Origin: an uncultured Chloroflexia bacterium
Lineage (GTDB): Bacteria > Chloroflexota > Limnocylindria > QHBO01
Direction: 5' to 3'
Length of the DNA: 64,000 bases
Assembly (NCBI GenBank): GCA_963760875.1
Contig: CAVXEH010000003.1
Location: forward strand, 199,572 to 263,571
A program made the translations under genes and the position numbers. Below are positions 8,804-17,015 of this stretch, piece after piece (the first letter of the stretch is position 1; the number at the start of each line of letters is the position of its first letter). The notes under the pieces were generated by a model that had not been told where the DNA came from, did not search any database, and saw only the letters and a list, made by a program, of their open reading frames with translations.

Positions 8804-9574
8804 GTGCGCGACCCAGTATCGGTGGAACAGCACGTGGCGGATGACAAGTCCCCGGCGCCGCCTCCCGTCAGCGCGGCGGAGCGGATCCGGCAGGAGTTCG
8901 CCCAGGCCTGGGGCGCCATCGGCGCTGCCTGGGGCGTGGCGCCATCCACCGCCGCCGTCCAGGGCTACTTCCTGGTCCACGGCGGCCCGCTTACCGAGCC
9001 CGAGATCCGGCGCGCCCTGGGGCTCTCGCATCGCGCGGCGGCCATGGCCCTGGCGGAGTGCACGGAGTGGGGCCTGATCGAGCGCTCGGTTGGGGGACGA
9101 CGGACCGGCCGTCGCGGCCCGGAGGCGGCCGCCTACGTCGTGGTGGGCGACAACTGGGAGTGGTTTCGCCGCGTGGCGCGGGCCCGCAAGGAACGCGAGA
9201 CGGACCCGGTGGTCCCGGTCATCGAGCGCTGCGCGGAGCTCGCCGACCAGGAAGCGTCGCACGGCGGCCGCGATGCGGCGGAGCTGGAGGAGCTCAGCCA
9301 GCGCCTGGATGGCCTCCTGCACTTCGTCCACCTCTTCGACCGCGGGGTGGGCATCCTGGTCGATGCCTCTCCCACCGCCACGCAGCGCCTGCTCGCCCTG
9401 CTCGACGAGCTGGACGATGCGAGCCTCCGACGGCTGATGACGCTGCTCGAGACGGTCGAGCCCCACGACCTGGCGCGCGCCACGGACGCCCTCGCCAGCC
9501 TGCCGCCCTCGGCCGCCCGCCGGCTGGTGGGCCTGGCGGGCACGCCGGGGATCGGCCGCATCCTCGGCCGCTGA
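8804..9574 (+). CDS. Winged-HTH transcriptional regulator (MarR/GbsR-like)
   Basis: wHTH region PEIRRALGLSHRAAAMALAECTEWGLIERS, followed by a helical C-terminal domain. The family assignment is tentative. Confidence 0.5.
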   Translation: MRDPVSVEQHVADDKSPAPPPVSAAERIRQEFAQAWGAIGAAWGVAPSTAAVQGYFLVHGGPLTEPEIRRALGLSHRAAAMALAECTEWGLIERSVGGRRTGRRGPEAAAYVVVGDNWEWFRRVARARKERETDPVVPVIERCAELADQEASHGGRDAAELEELSQRLDGLLHFVHLFDRGVGILVDASPTATQRLLALLDELDDASLRRLMTLLETVEPHDLARATDALASLPPSAARRLVGLAGTPGIGRILGR

Positions 9575-9592
9575 GACGCTGACCCCGCGGAC

Positions 9593-11047
9593 CTACTCGC
9601 CCGAGCCGTCGTCCTCGAACACCCCGGCGCCCGCCACTGCGGCTGCAACGGCTCCCCCGCCCAGGGCCGCCGGAAGCGGCCGGTGCATGGGCGGTGACGT
9701 CACGTAGCGATCCACGATGGCCCGCGTCCCGCGAATCTTCAGCTGGTCGAAGAGGAAGCCGAACTTGTCCCGCAGGTGGCCGGCGATCTCGCCGGCCGCG
9801 GCATCGGGCAGGGTCCAGAGCTCTTCCTTGAACGGCCCAATCGCCTTCTTGCGCGTCTTGTAGACGAACTGCTCCTCCGTCTGCCCGTCCTTGCGCTCGT
9901 CGGCGCAGTGCTCCACGCACCAGGCCATCATCCGCTCGTGCAGCTCCGCGGGCAGGCCGCCGGCGTCGTACAGGATGTTCTGGAACCCGGTCGCCAGGTG
10001 GATCTCCGCCGTGCCGTTCCCGGGGAAGTGGTGGAACGCCTCGTCGGGGAGGGTCGAGGCGCCGTGCTGCACGCAGCCCGCCAGCCCGTACTCGTCGCGC
10101 GCCACCGCGGAGAGGCGCTGCATGGTGTCGAAGTCGATGTTCACGGTTGCCACGCTGCCGTCGGGCAGGACCACGCCGCCGTGGCTGGTGCCGGTCTGGA
10201 TGCTGACCTTGCTGACGCCCGCAGTCCCCGATCCGTGGAGCAGCCCGTAGTACTCGTTGAGGTAGGCGCGCAGCTCCTCCTCGGTCGAGTTGGCCTTGCC
10301 GACCTCGCCGATCTCACCACCAACCGAGATGGTTACGCCATTTGGCTCCAGCTGGCGGATCAGCGCGGTCAGCTCTGCGGTGTTCGTGGCGTTCGTCCGC
10401 TGCTGCTCGCGGACCGTGGGCTGCGACAGATCGACCAGCGTGCTCGAGTCGATGTCGATGTTGAGGAAGCCGGCGTTGACCGCCTCGGTCGTCAGCTCGC
10501 GCAGGCCCGCCATCTCGCGCTCCGGGTCCGCGGCCCACTTCGAGGCGTTGAACTGGAAGTGATCGCCCTGCAGGAAGACCGGACCGGGCCAGCCGCTGCG
10601 GATCGCGGCGGCCAGGATCACCGCCGTGTACTCCGCGGGGCGTTGGTCGGTGTAGGCCATCTCGCTCTTGGCGATCTCGAAGATCACCGCGCCCGCATCC
10701 CGCTCCATGGCGGCGGCGAAGGCCTGCCGGGCGGTGAGGTAGGCCACGGCTCGCACGTTGATGGCCGGCACGGTGAAGTCCGTGGGCGGGAACTCGCCGC
10801 GGCCGCGCGCCATGTAGAGCTCGTGGATGGAGGCAGACGGGCAGCCGAGCGCCTGGCTCGCCTCCCAGATGATCCAGCGCGCCGCATCGCGCCACTCGGC
10901 GTCCGCGTTGAAGACGGCCTCGCGCACGAGGCGGTCGATGACCTCGGCCCGGAAGCGGGCCGCGTTCGTGATGATGAGGCGGTCGCCCTCGATCGAGGCG
11001 GCGTCCGAGAGCAGGTCGCGCAGCTCCTGTGCAGAGGAGACGGTCAT
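9593..11047 (-). CDS. Class II (metal-dependent) fructose/ketose-bisphosphate aldolase family protein, long form (484 aa)
   Basis: Class II aldolase motifs are present. These are TVPAINV, QGDHFQF (an LDHG-like motif), ISVGGEIGEVG (E-L-G..GG.ED-like) and GTSHGGV. Confidence 0.6.
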   Translation of the reverse strand: MTVSSAQELRDLLSDAASIEGDRLIITNAARFRAEVIDRLVREAVFNADAEWRDAARWIIWEASQALGCPSASIHELYMARGRGEFPPTDFTVPAINVRAVAYLTARQAFAAAMERDAGAVIFEIAKSEMAYTDQRPAEYTAVILAAAIRSGWPGPVFLQGDHFQFNASKWAADPEREMAGLRELTTEAVNAGFLNIDIDSSTLVDLSQPTVREQQRTNATNTAELTALIRQLEPNGVTISVGGEIGEVGKANSTEEELRAYLNEYYGLLHGSGTAGVSKVSIQTGTSHGGVVLPDGSVATVNIDFDTMQRLSAVARDEYGLAGCVQHGASTLPDEAFHHFPGNGTAEIHLATGFQNILYDAGGLPAELHERMMAWCVEHCADERKDGQTEEQFVYKTRKKAIGPFKEELWTLPDAAAGEIAGHLRDKFGFLFDQLKIRGTRAIVDRYVTSPPMHRPLPAALGGGAVAAAVAGAGVFEDDGSGE

Positions 11048-11082
11048 ATCGGGTCAGTGCTCCATGGTGGTACGGCTCCATC

Positions 11083-11361
11083 CTAGCGAAGGGCGGAGAC
11101 CAGGGTGAAGGCCAGGAGGACGGCAACCGGCAGGCCAATGGTCGCAGCCAGCAGGTACCAGTCGCGGGCGGCGCGGGCGTCCGCGACCCGGCGCCGCACG
11201 AGCCCGCCGACCCAGGCCAGCACCGCGCTCAGGCCCGCGACGTACACCCCGGCGGCACTGACCACCACGCCAATGGCGAACGGTCGCACGGACCTGCAGC
11301 TCCCGAAGGCGAGCGGCCCGCCGGGGGGACACGGGCTCGCCAGCTCGATCGCGACCAGCAC
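11083..11361 (-). CDS. Hypothetical small membrane protein (start uncertain)
   Basis: This is the hydrophobic C-terminal part of track ORF 11083..11691. The upstream part overlaps the 11457..12077 gene. The only in-frame start after the overlap is a GTG near 11361. Confidence 0.2.
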   Translation of the reverse strand: MLVAIELASPCPPGGPLAFGSCRSVRPFAIGVVVSAAGVYVAGLSAVLAWVGGLVRRRVADARAARDWYLLAATIGLPVAVLLAFTLVSALR

Positions 11362-11456
11362 GGCGGCGACGGCGATGACCGCCGACGACCACGCGAGGTG
11401 GGCGGCGAGCGCCCGGGAGGGGCGCCGGGGTCCGATGGGCGTCCGGCCGGAGCGGC

Positions 11457-12077
11457 TCAGCCGGCCAGGTAGGCGGCCGAGGCGGCCTCGGCCTCCCGCG
11501 CCTCGCGACGCATCACGCGGCGGTACTCGACGGCGAAGAAGAGGAGCGCCAGGGCGCCCAGGCCGGCGACCACCACTCCGAAGCCAATGGCGATCGGGAT
11601 GGCGATGCCTGCCACGCTGACCACCGGGCCGTACCACGGCGAACCCTCCGGCGGAACCAGGGTGCCGCCGGCCATGTTGAAGGCCATCCACGGGATGAGG
11701 ACCAGGTAGAGGAGGAGGAGCTGCGCGAAGTCCACGATGCGGATGAAGGACCAGGCGAAGCCGCGACGCCCGCGGGCGGCCTGGGTCCAGAGCGCCACCA
11801 CGATCAGGACGATGAAGTTCCCGCCGCCAACCGCCGCCGCAAAGATGAACGAGGTCTCGGGCGTGAACTTGAGGAAGGGGATGTACTGGCTGAAGCCGTA
11901 GTAGACGTAGTTCGGGACGTACGCGATCAGGAAGTAGACGTACAGGAAGAGCGGGACGCCCTTGAGCACGGCGACCAGCCAGCTCTCGTAGCCGAACAGC
12001 AGCCAGCTCATGAAGTCATCGATCTCGCCGATGAGGTTGGCGCCGATGGCGCGCGATCGCGGGCGTGTCAGGCTCAT
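11457..12077 (-). CDS. Integral membrane protein, last gene of the cytochrome bc-type operon (possible extra subunit)
   Basis: Its start is 8 nt after the diheme cytochrome c stop. It has 5-6 TM helices rich in Y/F/W (YVYFLIAYVPNYVYYGFSQYIPF). Confidence 0.5.
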   Translation of the reverse strand: MSLTRPRSRAIGANLIGEIDDFMSWLLFGYESWLVAVLKGVPLFLYVYFLIAYVPNYVYYGFSQYIPFLKFTPETSFIFAAAVGGGNFIVLIVVALWTQAARGRRGFAWSFIRIVDFAQLLLLYLVLIPWMAFNMAGGTLVPPEGSPWYGPVVSVAGIAIPIAIGFGVVVAGLGALALLFFAVEYRRVMRREAREAEAASAAYLAG

Positions 12078-12084
12078 GGGTTCG

Positions 12085-12891
12085 TCACTGCTTCTGCGTG
12101 AGGAGGAAGGTGATGAGGGCCTGCAGCTGGTCGTCGGTCAGCTGCGAGCTCGGGAAGGCCGGCATCCCGGTGGCGGTGCCGCCGTTGTAGTTGTTCGAGG
12201 AGTCCCGGATCCAGTTCGTGAAGAACGTGGCCGGATCCTTGGCGTAGTCCGCCTTCATCTTGTCGAGGCCGCTGGGCGGGTTGGGAAGGCCGGTGCCAAT
12301 CTCGTTGCCCACGTTCTGCAGGCTCGGGAAGGTTCCGGGAACGCCGCCCAGGTCGGCCTGGTGGCAGCTGACGCAGCCAACCGAGTTGTAGACCTGCTTG
12401 CCGGCGTCCGCGGTGTTGGGCACCGGCGTGGAGCTGGCGCCCGCGTTGGCCTCCGCCCAGCTCGTCACCAGGGCCACCACGGCGTTGATCTGCTGGACGG
12501 TCAGGGGTCCGCCGACCTCGCTGCTCCACGCCGGCATCACCGAGCTGGGATTGCCTGAGACCACGATTCCGCCGTAGCTGACGACGAGGTGGACGTAGTC
12601 CGGGTTGATCTTGAGCTTGGTCGCGATGCTGGGGCTGTGGAGGTTCGGGGCGTTGAGTCCCGGCTGGCCCGGAACCGGGCCGCCCATCCCGTCATCGCCG
12701 TGGCAGCGCGCGCAGCCCGCGGACGAAGGGTCGTCCTTGTTGTTGGCGAAGACCTCCTTGCCGAACGCCAGCTGCGCCTCCTCCGCGGATTGCTGGCGCT
12801 GCGCGAGGCGCGACGAATCCGTGAGCCAGTAGAACATCGTGAAGAGCGCCAGTGCGCTCACGACGATGACCCCCAGCGTCTTGATCCGCAT
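12085..12891 (-). CDS. Diheme cytochrome c
   Basis: Two CXXCH motifs (CARCH and CVSCH), an N-terminal TM anchor, and a Met-containing distal ligand region. Confidence 0.8.
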   Translation of the reverse strand: MRIKTLGVIVVSALALFTMFYWLTDSSRLAQRQQSAEEAQLAFGKEVFANNKDDPSSAGCARCHGDDGMGGPVPGQPGLNAPNLHSPSIATKLKINPDYVHLVVSYGGIVVSGNPSSVMPAWSSEVGGPLTVQQINAVVALVTSWAEANAGASSTPVPNTADAGKQVYNSVGCVSCHQADLGGVPGTFPSLQNVGNEIGTGLPNPPSGLDKMKADYAKDPATFFTNWIRDSSNNYNGGTATGMPAFPSSQLTDDQLQALITFLLTQKQ

Positions 12892-12895
12892 GTCC

Positions 12896-13558
12896 TCAGC
12901 CCGCGCAGTGCTTGCCGGTCAGGTCGGCCGCGGTCCGCGGGTCGAACGTCACGGTGCCGACCGGCGGCCCGCTGACGACCTTGCCGGTGTCCACCGAGTA
13001 GACGCCCGCGTCGCTGACCGAGATGGGGAAATGATCCATGCCGCGGGGGGCCGGACCGTCGCGCTTCTCGCTGAGGATCGTGTACTTGCTGCCGTGGCAG
13101 AGGCACTCGAACCAGTGGCTCTTCTCGCACAGCGGGGGGATCTGGCAGCCCAGGTGGGGGCACTTGCGCCAGAGCGCCATCACCGAACGATCCTTGAAGG
13201 CCAGAGCCTCGTCGACCTTCGCGCCGGGATCGGGAACGTTGGCGTCCTTGCCCAGGACCAGGTCCATGCCGGCGGGCACGTTCACGAAGAAGAGCCGGGC
13301 CTTCTGGTAGGTGTACGGCTGACCCTTGGCCCAGTCGGGCCACACGGTGAGGATGTCCTTGGCCGAGCCCAGCGCGACCACGCCGCCGAAGCCGCCGGAA
13401 AGGTTCGGCCACAGGAACGCGAGGGTGCCGCCAATGAACTCCAGGCTCAGGAGGCCCATGCCGGCGCCCAGCATGCGCCGCATGAACGTGCGTCGGCTGA
13501 TCTCGCCAGCCGGCTGCTCGGTGACGGGCCCATAGGAGAGATTCGTGTTGCTGCTCAT
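12896..13558 (-). CDS. Rieske iron-sulfur subunit of the cytochrome bc/b6f-type complex
   Basis: CPHLGC and CLCHGS Rieske boxes. Tat-like motif SRRTFMRRMLGAGMG. The ATG at 13558 overlaps the subunit IV stop (ATGA). The longer track start at 13600 is rejected. Confidence 0.85.
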   Translation of the reverse strand: MSSNTNLSYGPVTEQPAGEISRRTFMRRMLGAGMGLLSLEFIGGTLAFLWPNLSGGFGGVVALGSAKDILTVWPDWAKGQPYTYQKARLFFVNVPAGMDLVLGKDANVPDPGAKVDEALAFKDRSVMALWRKCPHLGCQIPPLCEKSHWFECLCHGSKYTILSEKRDGPAPRGMDHFPISVSDAGVYSVDTGKVVSGPPVGTVTFDPRTAADLTGKHCAG

Positions 13559-14169
13559 AGGTTGAAGAAGATCCCTTCCCATGGCCAGACCCAGTTCCAT
13601 CCCGGGCCCCTGAAGAACGATCCGATGAAGGTCACCAGCAGGCCGCCGACCATCAGGGACAGGAAGAAGACCCAGATCAGCTTGCGGTCGCGGGCCGCCT
13701 TGAACGGAGACCGGTCGACGAAGGGGATCAGCGCGAGGCCCACCAGGTAGAGGGTCGGCACCAGGACGCCGGCAACGGTCGGGTTGAAGTAGCTCAGGAT
13801 CTCCTGGAGACCCAGGAAGTACCAGGGCGCCTTGGCGACGTGCGGCGTGTTGCCGGCGTTGGCCATCTGCTCGAGCGGCGCCTGGATGAGGAGCGACGTC
13901 ACGACGAGCAGCCCCATGATCAGGGCGGCCATGAGGAACTCTGCACGGAGCAGGTGCGGCCAGGTCAGCACCGTCTCGTCGGGTCGCTTGTCGACGCGGA
14001 CCATCGACTCCTGCTTGACGTAGGCGAGCAGGCGGAACCGCTCGGTTCCCGGCACGCCGGGAGGTCCGGGGAGCTTGGGCCCGCCGCCGCGCTCGACGAC
14101 CGGCACCTGGGGCGCCTGGGTCGGAGCGTTCTTGTCGGCGGTCGCGTTCGGCCGCTTCTCGATGGTCAT
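13555..14169 (-). CDS. Cytochrome bc complex subunit IV (C-terminal half of cytochrome b, PetD-like)
   Basis: PEWYFL-type motif (APWYFLGLQEILSYF) and three TM helices. Confidence 0.8.
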   Translation of the reverse strand: MTIEKRPNATADKNAPTQAPQVPVVERGGGPKLPGPPGVPGTERFRLLAYVKQESMVRVDKRPDETVLTWPHLLRAEFLMAALIMGLLVVTSLLIQAPLEQMANAGNTPHVAKAPWYFLGLQEILSYFNPTVAGVLVPTLYLVGLALIPFVDRSPFKAARDRKLIWVFFLSLMVGGLLVTFIGSFFRGPGWNWVWPWEGIFFNL

Positions 14170-14196
14170 GGATTCGCCATCCCTATCCTACCGCGC

Positions 14197-14931
14197 TCAT
14201 ACCGGGCCGCTGATGCCGCCGTCCTTCCGGATCCTCCAGAAGTGGACGATCATCAGGATCGCGGCGATGAGCGGGAAGGCGATCACGTGCATCACGTAGA
14301 AGCGCAGGAGCGTGCCCTGCCCAACCTCGATCCCGCCCAGGAGGAAGAGCTGCGACTGGTGCGAGAGGAGCGGCGCGTAGGTGGCCATCTGCGATCCCAC
14401 GGTGACGGCCCAGAAGGCGATCTGGTCCCAGGGCAGCAGGTAGCCGGTGAAGCTCAGCCACAGGGTCGAGAACAGGAGCAGGACCCCGATCACCCAGTTG
14501 AACTCGCGCGGCGGCTTGTAGGCGCCGTGGTAGAAGACGCGGATCATGTGCAGGAAGACGGTCAGCACCATGAGGTGCGCGGCCCAGCGGTGCATGTTGC
14601 GCACGAGCTCGCCAAAGGCCACCGAGTTCTCGATGGAGACGATGTCCTGGTACGCGCGGCTCACCGAGGGCACGTAGAAGAACATCAGGTAGAGGCCGGT
14701 GACCGTGAGCGCCAGGAACAGGAAGAAGCTGATCCCGCCCAGGCAGAAGGTGTACGTGTAGCGGACCGCGTGCTTCTTGACCCGCACCGGGTGCAGGTGC
14801 AGGAACACGTTGTTCATCACAGCCAGCGCGCGCGTCCGGCTGGTAGATGGGTACGGCTGGCGGAAAAGGGAGCGCCAGATCTGCGTCTGCTTCAGGCCGC
14901 GGTACCAGTCGCCGGGTCCGGGGAAGCTCAT
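14197..14931 (-). CDS. Cytochrome b6 (N-terminal half of cytochrome b, PetB-like)
   Basis: Two heme-ligand His pairs with b6 spacing (HRWAAH...14...H in helix B; [17 protein letters not shown] in helix D). C-terminus [12 protein letters not shown]. Its start overlaps the upstream gene's stop (ATGA at 14928-14931). Confidence 0.85.
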   Translation of the reverse strand: MSFPGPGDWYRGLKQTQIWRSLFRQPYPSTSRTRALAVMNNVFLHLHPVRVKKHAVRYTYTFCLGGISFFLFLALTVTGLYLMFFYVPSVSRAYQDIVSIENSVAFGELVRNMHRWAAHLMVLTVFLHMIRVFYHGAYKPPREFNWVIGVLLLFSTLWLSFTGYLLPWDQIAFWAVTVGSQMATYAPLLSHQSQLFLLGGIEVGQGTLLRFYVMHVIAFPLIAAILMIVHFWRIRKDGGISGPV

Positions 14932-16895
14932 CGCCGCACCGCCATGCCGGCCTGCTGGCCGATCTGCCCCAGCACGTTGTCCTTGTAGCTCTCCAACAGA
15001 ACCTTCCCGTCAGGCGTGAACCGCTCCAGCTCGAGGCGGTCCATGGTGATGCAGTTGGTGGGACACCGCTCGACGCAGAGGTTGCAGCGGATGCAGCGCT
15101 CCTCGTCGATGATCATGGCAATGCCGCGGGGCCACGACTGGAACAGGTCGATCTCGGGATCGTCGCCGCCCACCTGCGCCTTGTCGATCATGTAGATCAC
15201 GCCCTCGGGGCAGACATCGGCGCAGAGCCCGCACAGGATACAGCGCGGTCCATCGATGTTGATGTTGTGGTTGCACTGCAGGCAGCGCTGCCCTTCCTCG
15301 ATGGCGCTCCGGGTGTCGTAGCCCACCTCGACCAGGCTCGTGAAGTCGCGGCGCAGCTCCGGCGGCGCCATGGGGACGTGGTGGCGGGTGAAAGCCTCGT
15401 AGTCCTTGGGCATGTCGTGCTCGAGCGCCTGGGTGATCACCGCCCGGTTGATGACCGGCAGCTCCTCCAGCGCCTCGCCGCGCTCGCCGCGGAGCCAGCG
15501 GTCGATGGACCGAGCGGCGCGGCGGCCACGCCCGGCGGACTCGATGATGGTCGCCGGGCCGGTGACGAAGTCGCCGCAGGCGAAGACGCCCGGGGTGCTG
15601 GTCTCGAACGTGTCGGGGTTGATGGTCAGGTAGCCGCGCTTGAACGCGAAGGCGTCGCCATCGGCCCCGTTGCCGTTCGTCGCGCCGTTGGCGGCAGGTG
15701 GCGGGGTGCGCCAGGCGGAGACCGATCCACCCGGCAGGACCGAGCGGCTGTCGGTCACGCCAAGGTGGCGGTTGAGGTGGCTGCCGTACTCGCCCAGGAC
15801 GTTGTTGTCGGCAGCCTGGCTGGTGCAGGGCACCACCATGTCGCAGGGAACCACGAACTCGCTGCCCGGGATGGGCTCGGCGGATCGGCGGCCGGAGGCG
15901 TCCGGCGGACCCAGGCGGGTGCGCTGGAACTTCATGCCCACGACCTTGCCGTGCTCGTCACCGATGACCTCCACCGGGGAGGCGAAGAACTCGAAGCGGA
16001 CCCCCTCGAAGCGGGTCTCGTGCTGCTCCTCCTCGTCCACGACCATCTCGTCGGGACCGCGGCGGTAGAGGATGGTCGAGGTCTTGGCGCCCAGGCGCAG
16101 CGCGGTGCGCGACGAGTCCATGGCGGTGTAGCCGCCGCCGATGACCAGCACGTGGTCGCCGACCCACTGCTCCTCGCCAAGGTTGGCGCGCTTGAGGAAG
16201 TCCACGCCGTAGATGACGCCGTCCAGCTCCTCACCCGGGACGTTCATGGCCACCGGGAACATGCAGCCGGTCGCCACCACCACCGCGTCATGCCGCGTGC
16301 GCAGCTCGTCCATGGTGACGTCGCGGCCGACCTCGACGTTGTAGTGGAACTCCACGCCGTGCTTGGCGACCCAGGCGACGTCGAGCTCGATGACGTCGCG
16401 GGGCAGGCGGAAGGCCGGCACACCGATGAGCGTCGTTCCGCCGCCCGACGGAAGGGCGTCGTACACGTGGACCTCGTGGCCGTCCGCGGCGAGGTCCTTG
16501 GCCACCGAGAGGCCCGCGGGCCCCGCGCCGATGACGCCCACGCTGTGCCCGGTGGGTGCCGCGACCTGCACGTTGTCGGGCATGTTGTTGGCGTAGTGCC
16601 AGTCCACCAGGAAGCGCTTCATGGCGCGGATGGCGAGCGGCTTGTCGATGTCCGCGCGGCGGCAGGCCTTCTCGCAGGGTGCGCTGCAGACGTACCCGCA
16701 GATGGCGGCGACCGGGTTCGGGTCGCGGGCCAGGATGTAGCCCTCCTCGAAGCGACCCTCCGCGGCCAGCATGAGGTAGCCGCGGCAGTTGGTGTTGACC
16801 GGGCAGCCTTCCTGGCACTCGATGTTGCACTGCAGCCAGTCGACGCCTACCTCGGCAGTCTGAAACCGGAGCGGAATTGCGTTCTCGGAGATCAA
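14928..16895 (-). CDS. GltD-like (glutamate synthase small subunit / SudA-like) FAD-NAD(P) oxidoreductase fused to a 2x[4Fe-4S] ferredoxin domain. First gene of the cytochrome b operon.
   Basis: N-terminal Cys cluster C..C...C. Two Rossmann folds ([13 protein letters not shown] and [12 protein letters not shown]). C-terminal ferredoxin motifs [26 protein letters not shown] and [12 protein letters not shown]. Confidence 0.8.
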   Translation of the reverse strand: MISENAIPLRFQTAEVGVDWLQCNIECQEGCPVNTNCRGYLMLAAEGRFEEGYILARDPNPVAAICGYVCSAPCEKACRRADIDKPLAIRAMKRFLVDWHYANNMPDNVQVAAPTGHSVGVIGAGPAGLSVAKDLAADGHEVHVYDALPSGGGTTLIGVPAFRLPRDVIELDVAWVAKHGVEFHYNVEVGRDVTMDELRTRHDAVVVATGCMFPVAMNVPGEELDGVIYGVDFLKRANLGEEQWVGDHVLVIGGGYTAMDSSRTALRLGAKTSTILYRRGPDEMVVDEEEQHETRFEGVRFEFFASPVEVIGDEHGKVVGMKFQRTRLGPPDASGRRSAEPIPGSEFVVPCDMVVPCTSQAADNNVLGEYGSHLNRHLGVTDSRSVLPGGSVSAWRTPPPAANGATNGNGADGDAFAFKRGYLTINPDTFETSTPGVFACGDFVTGPATIIESAGRGRRAARSIDRWLRGERGEALEELPVINRAVITQALEHDMPKDYEAFTRHHVPMAPPELRRDFTSLVEVGYDTRSAIEEGQRCLQCNHNINIDGPRCILCGLCADVCPEGVIYMIDKAQVGGDDPEIDLFQSWPRGIAMIIDEERCIRCNLCVERCPTNCITMDRLELERFTPDGKVLLESYKDNVLGQIGQQAGMAVRR

Positions 16896-17015
16896 GGGCG
16901 TCTTCGCTCGGTACGGTCCGCGCAGCGGATGTGAAGGGGCGAGGTCGCGGCGGTCCGATGCTACCGTCCCCGCGCTCAGCGTGTCAAAGCAATTTCCGCG
17001 GGTCCGCGTCGCCGA

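Noticed and set aside
14847-16934. 695-aa plus-strand ORF opposite the GltD-like gene, and 13840..14988 opposite cytochrome b6/subunit IV
   Set aside because: Both are antisense to genes with strong cofactor-binding motifs. Both are compositionally biased and lack motifs.
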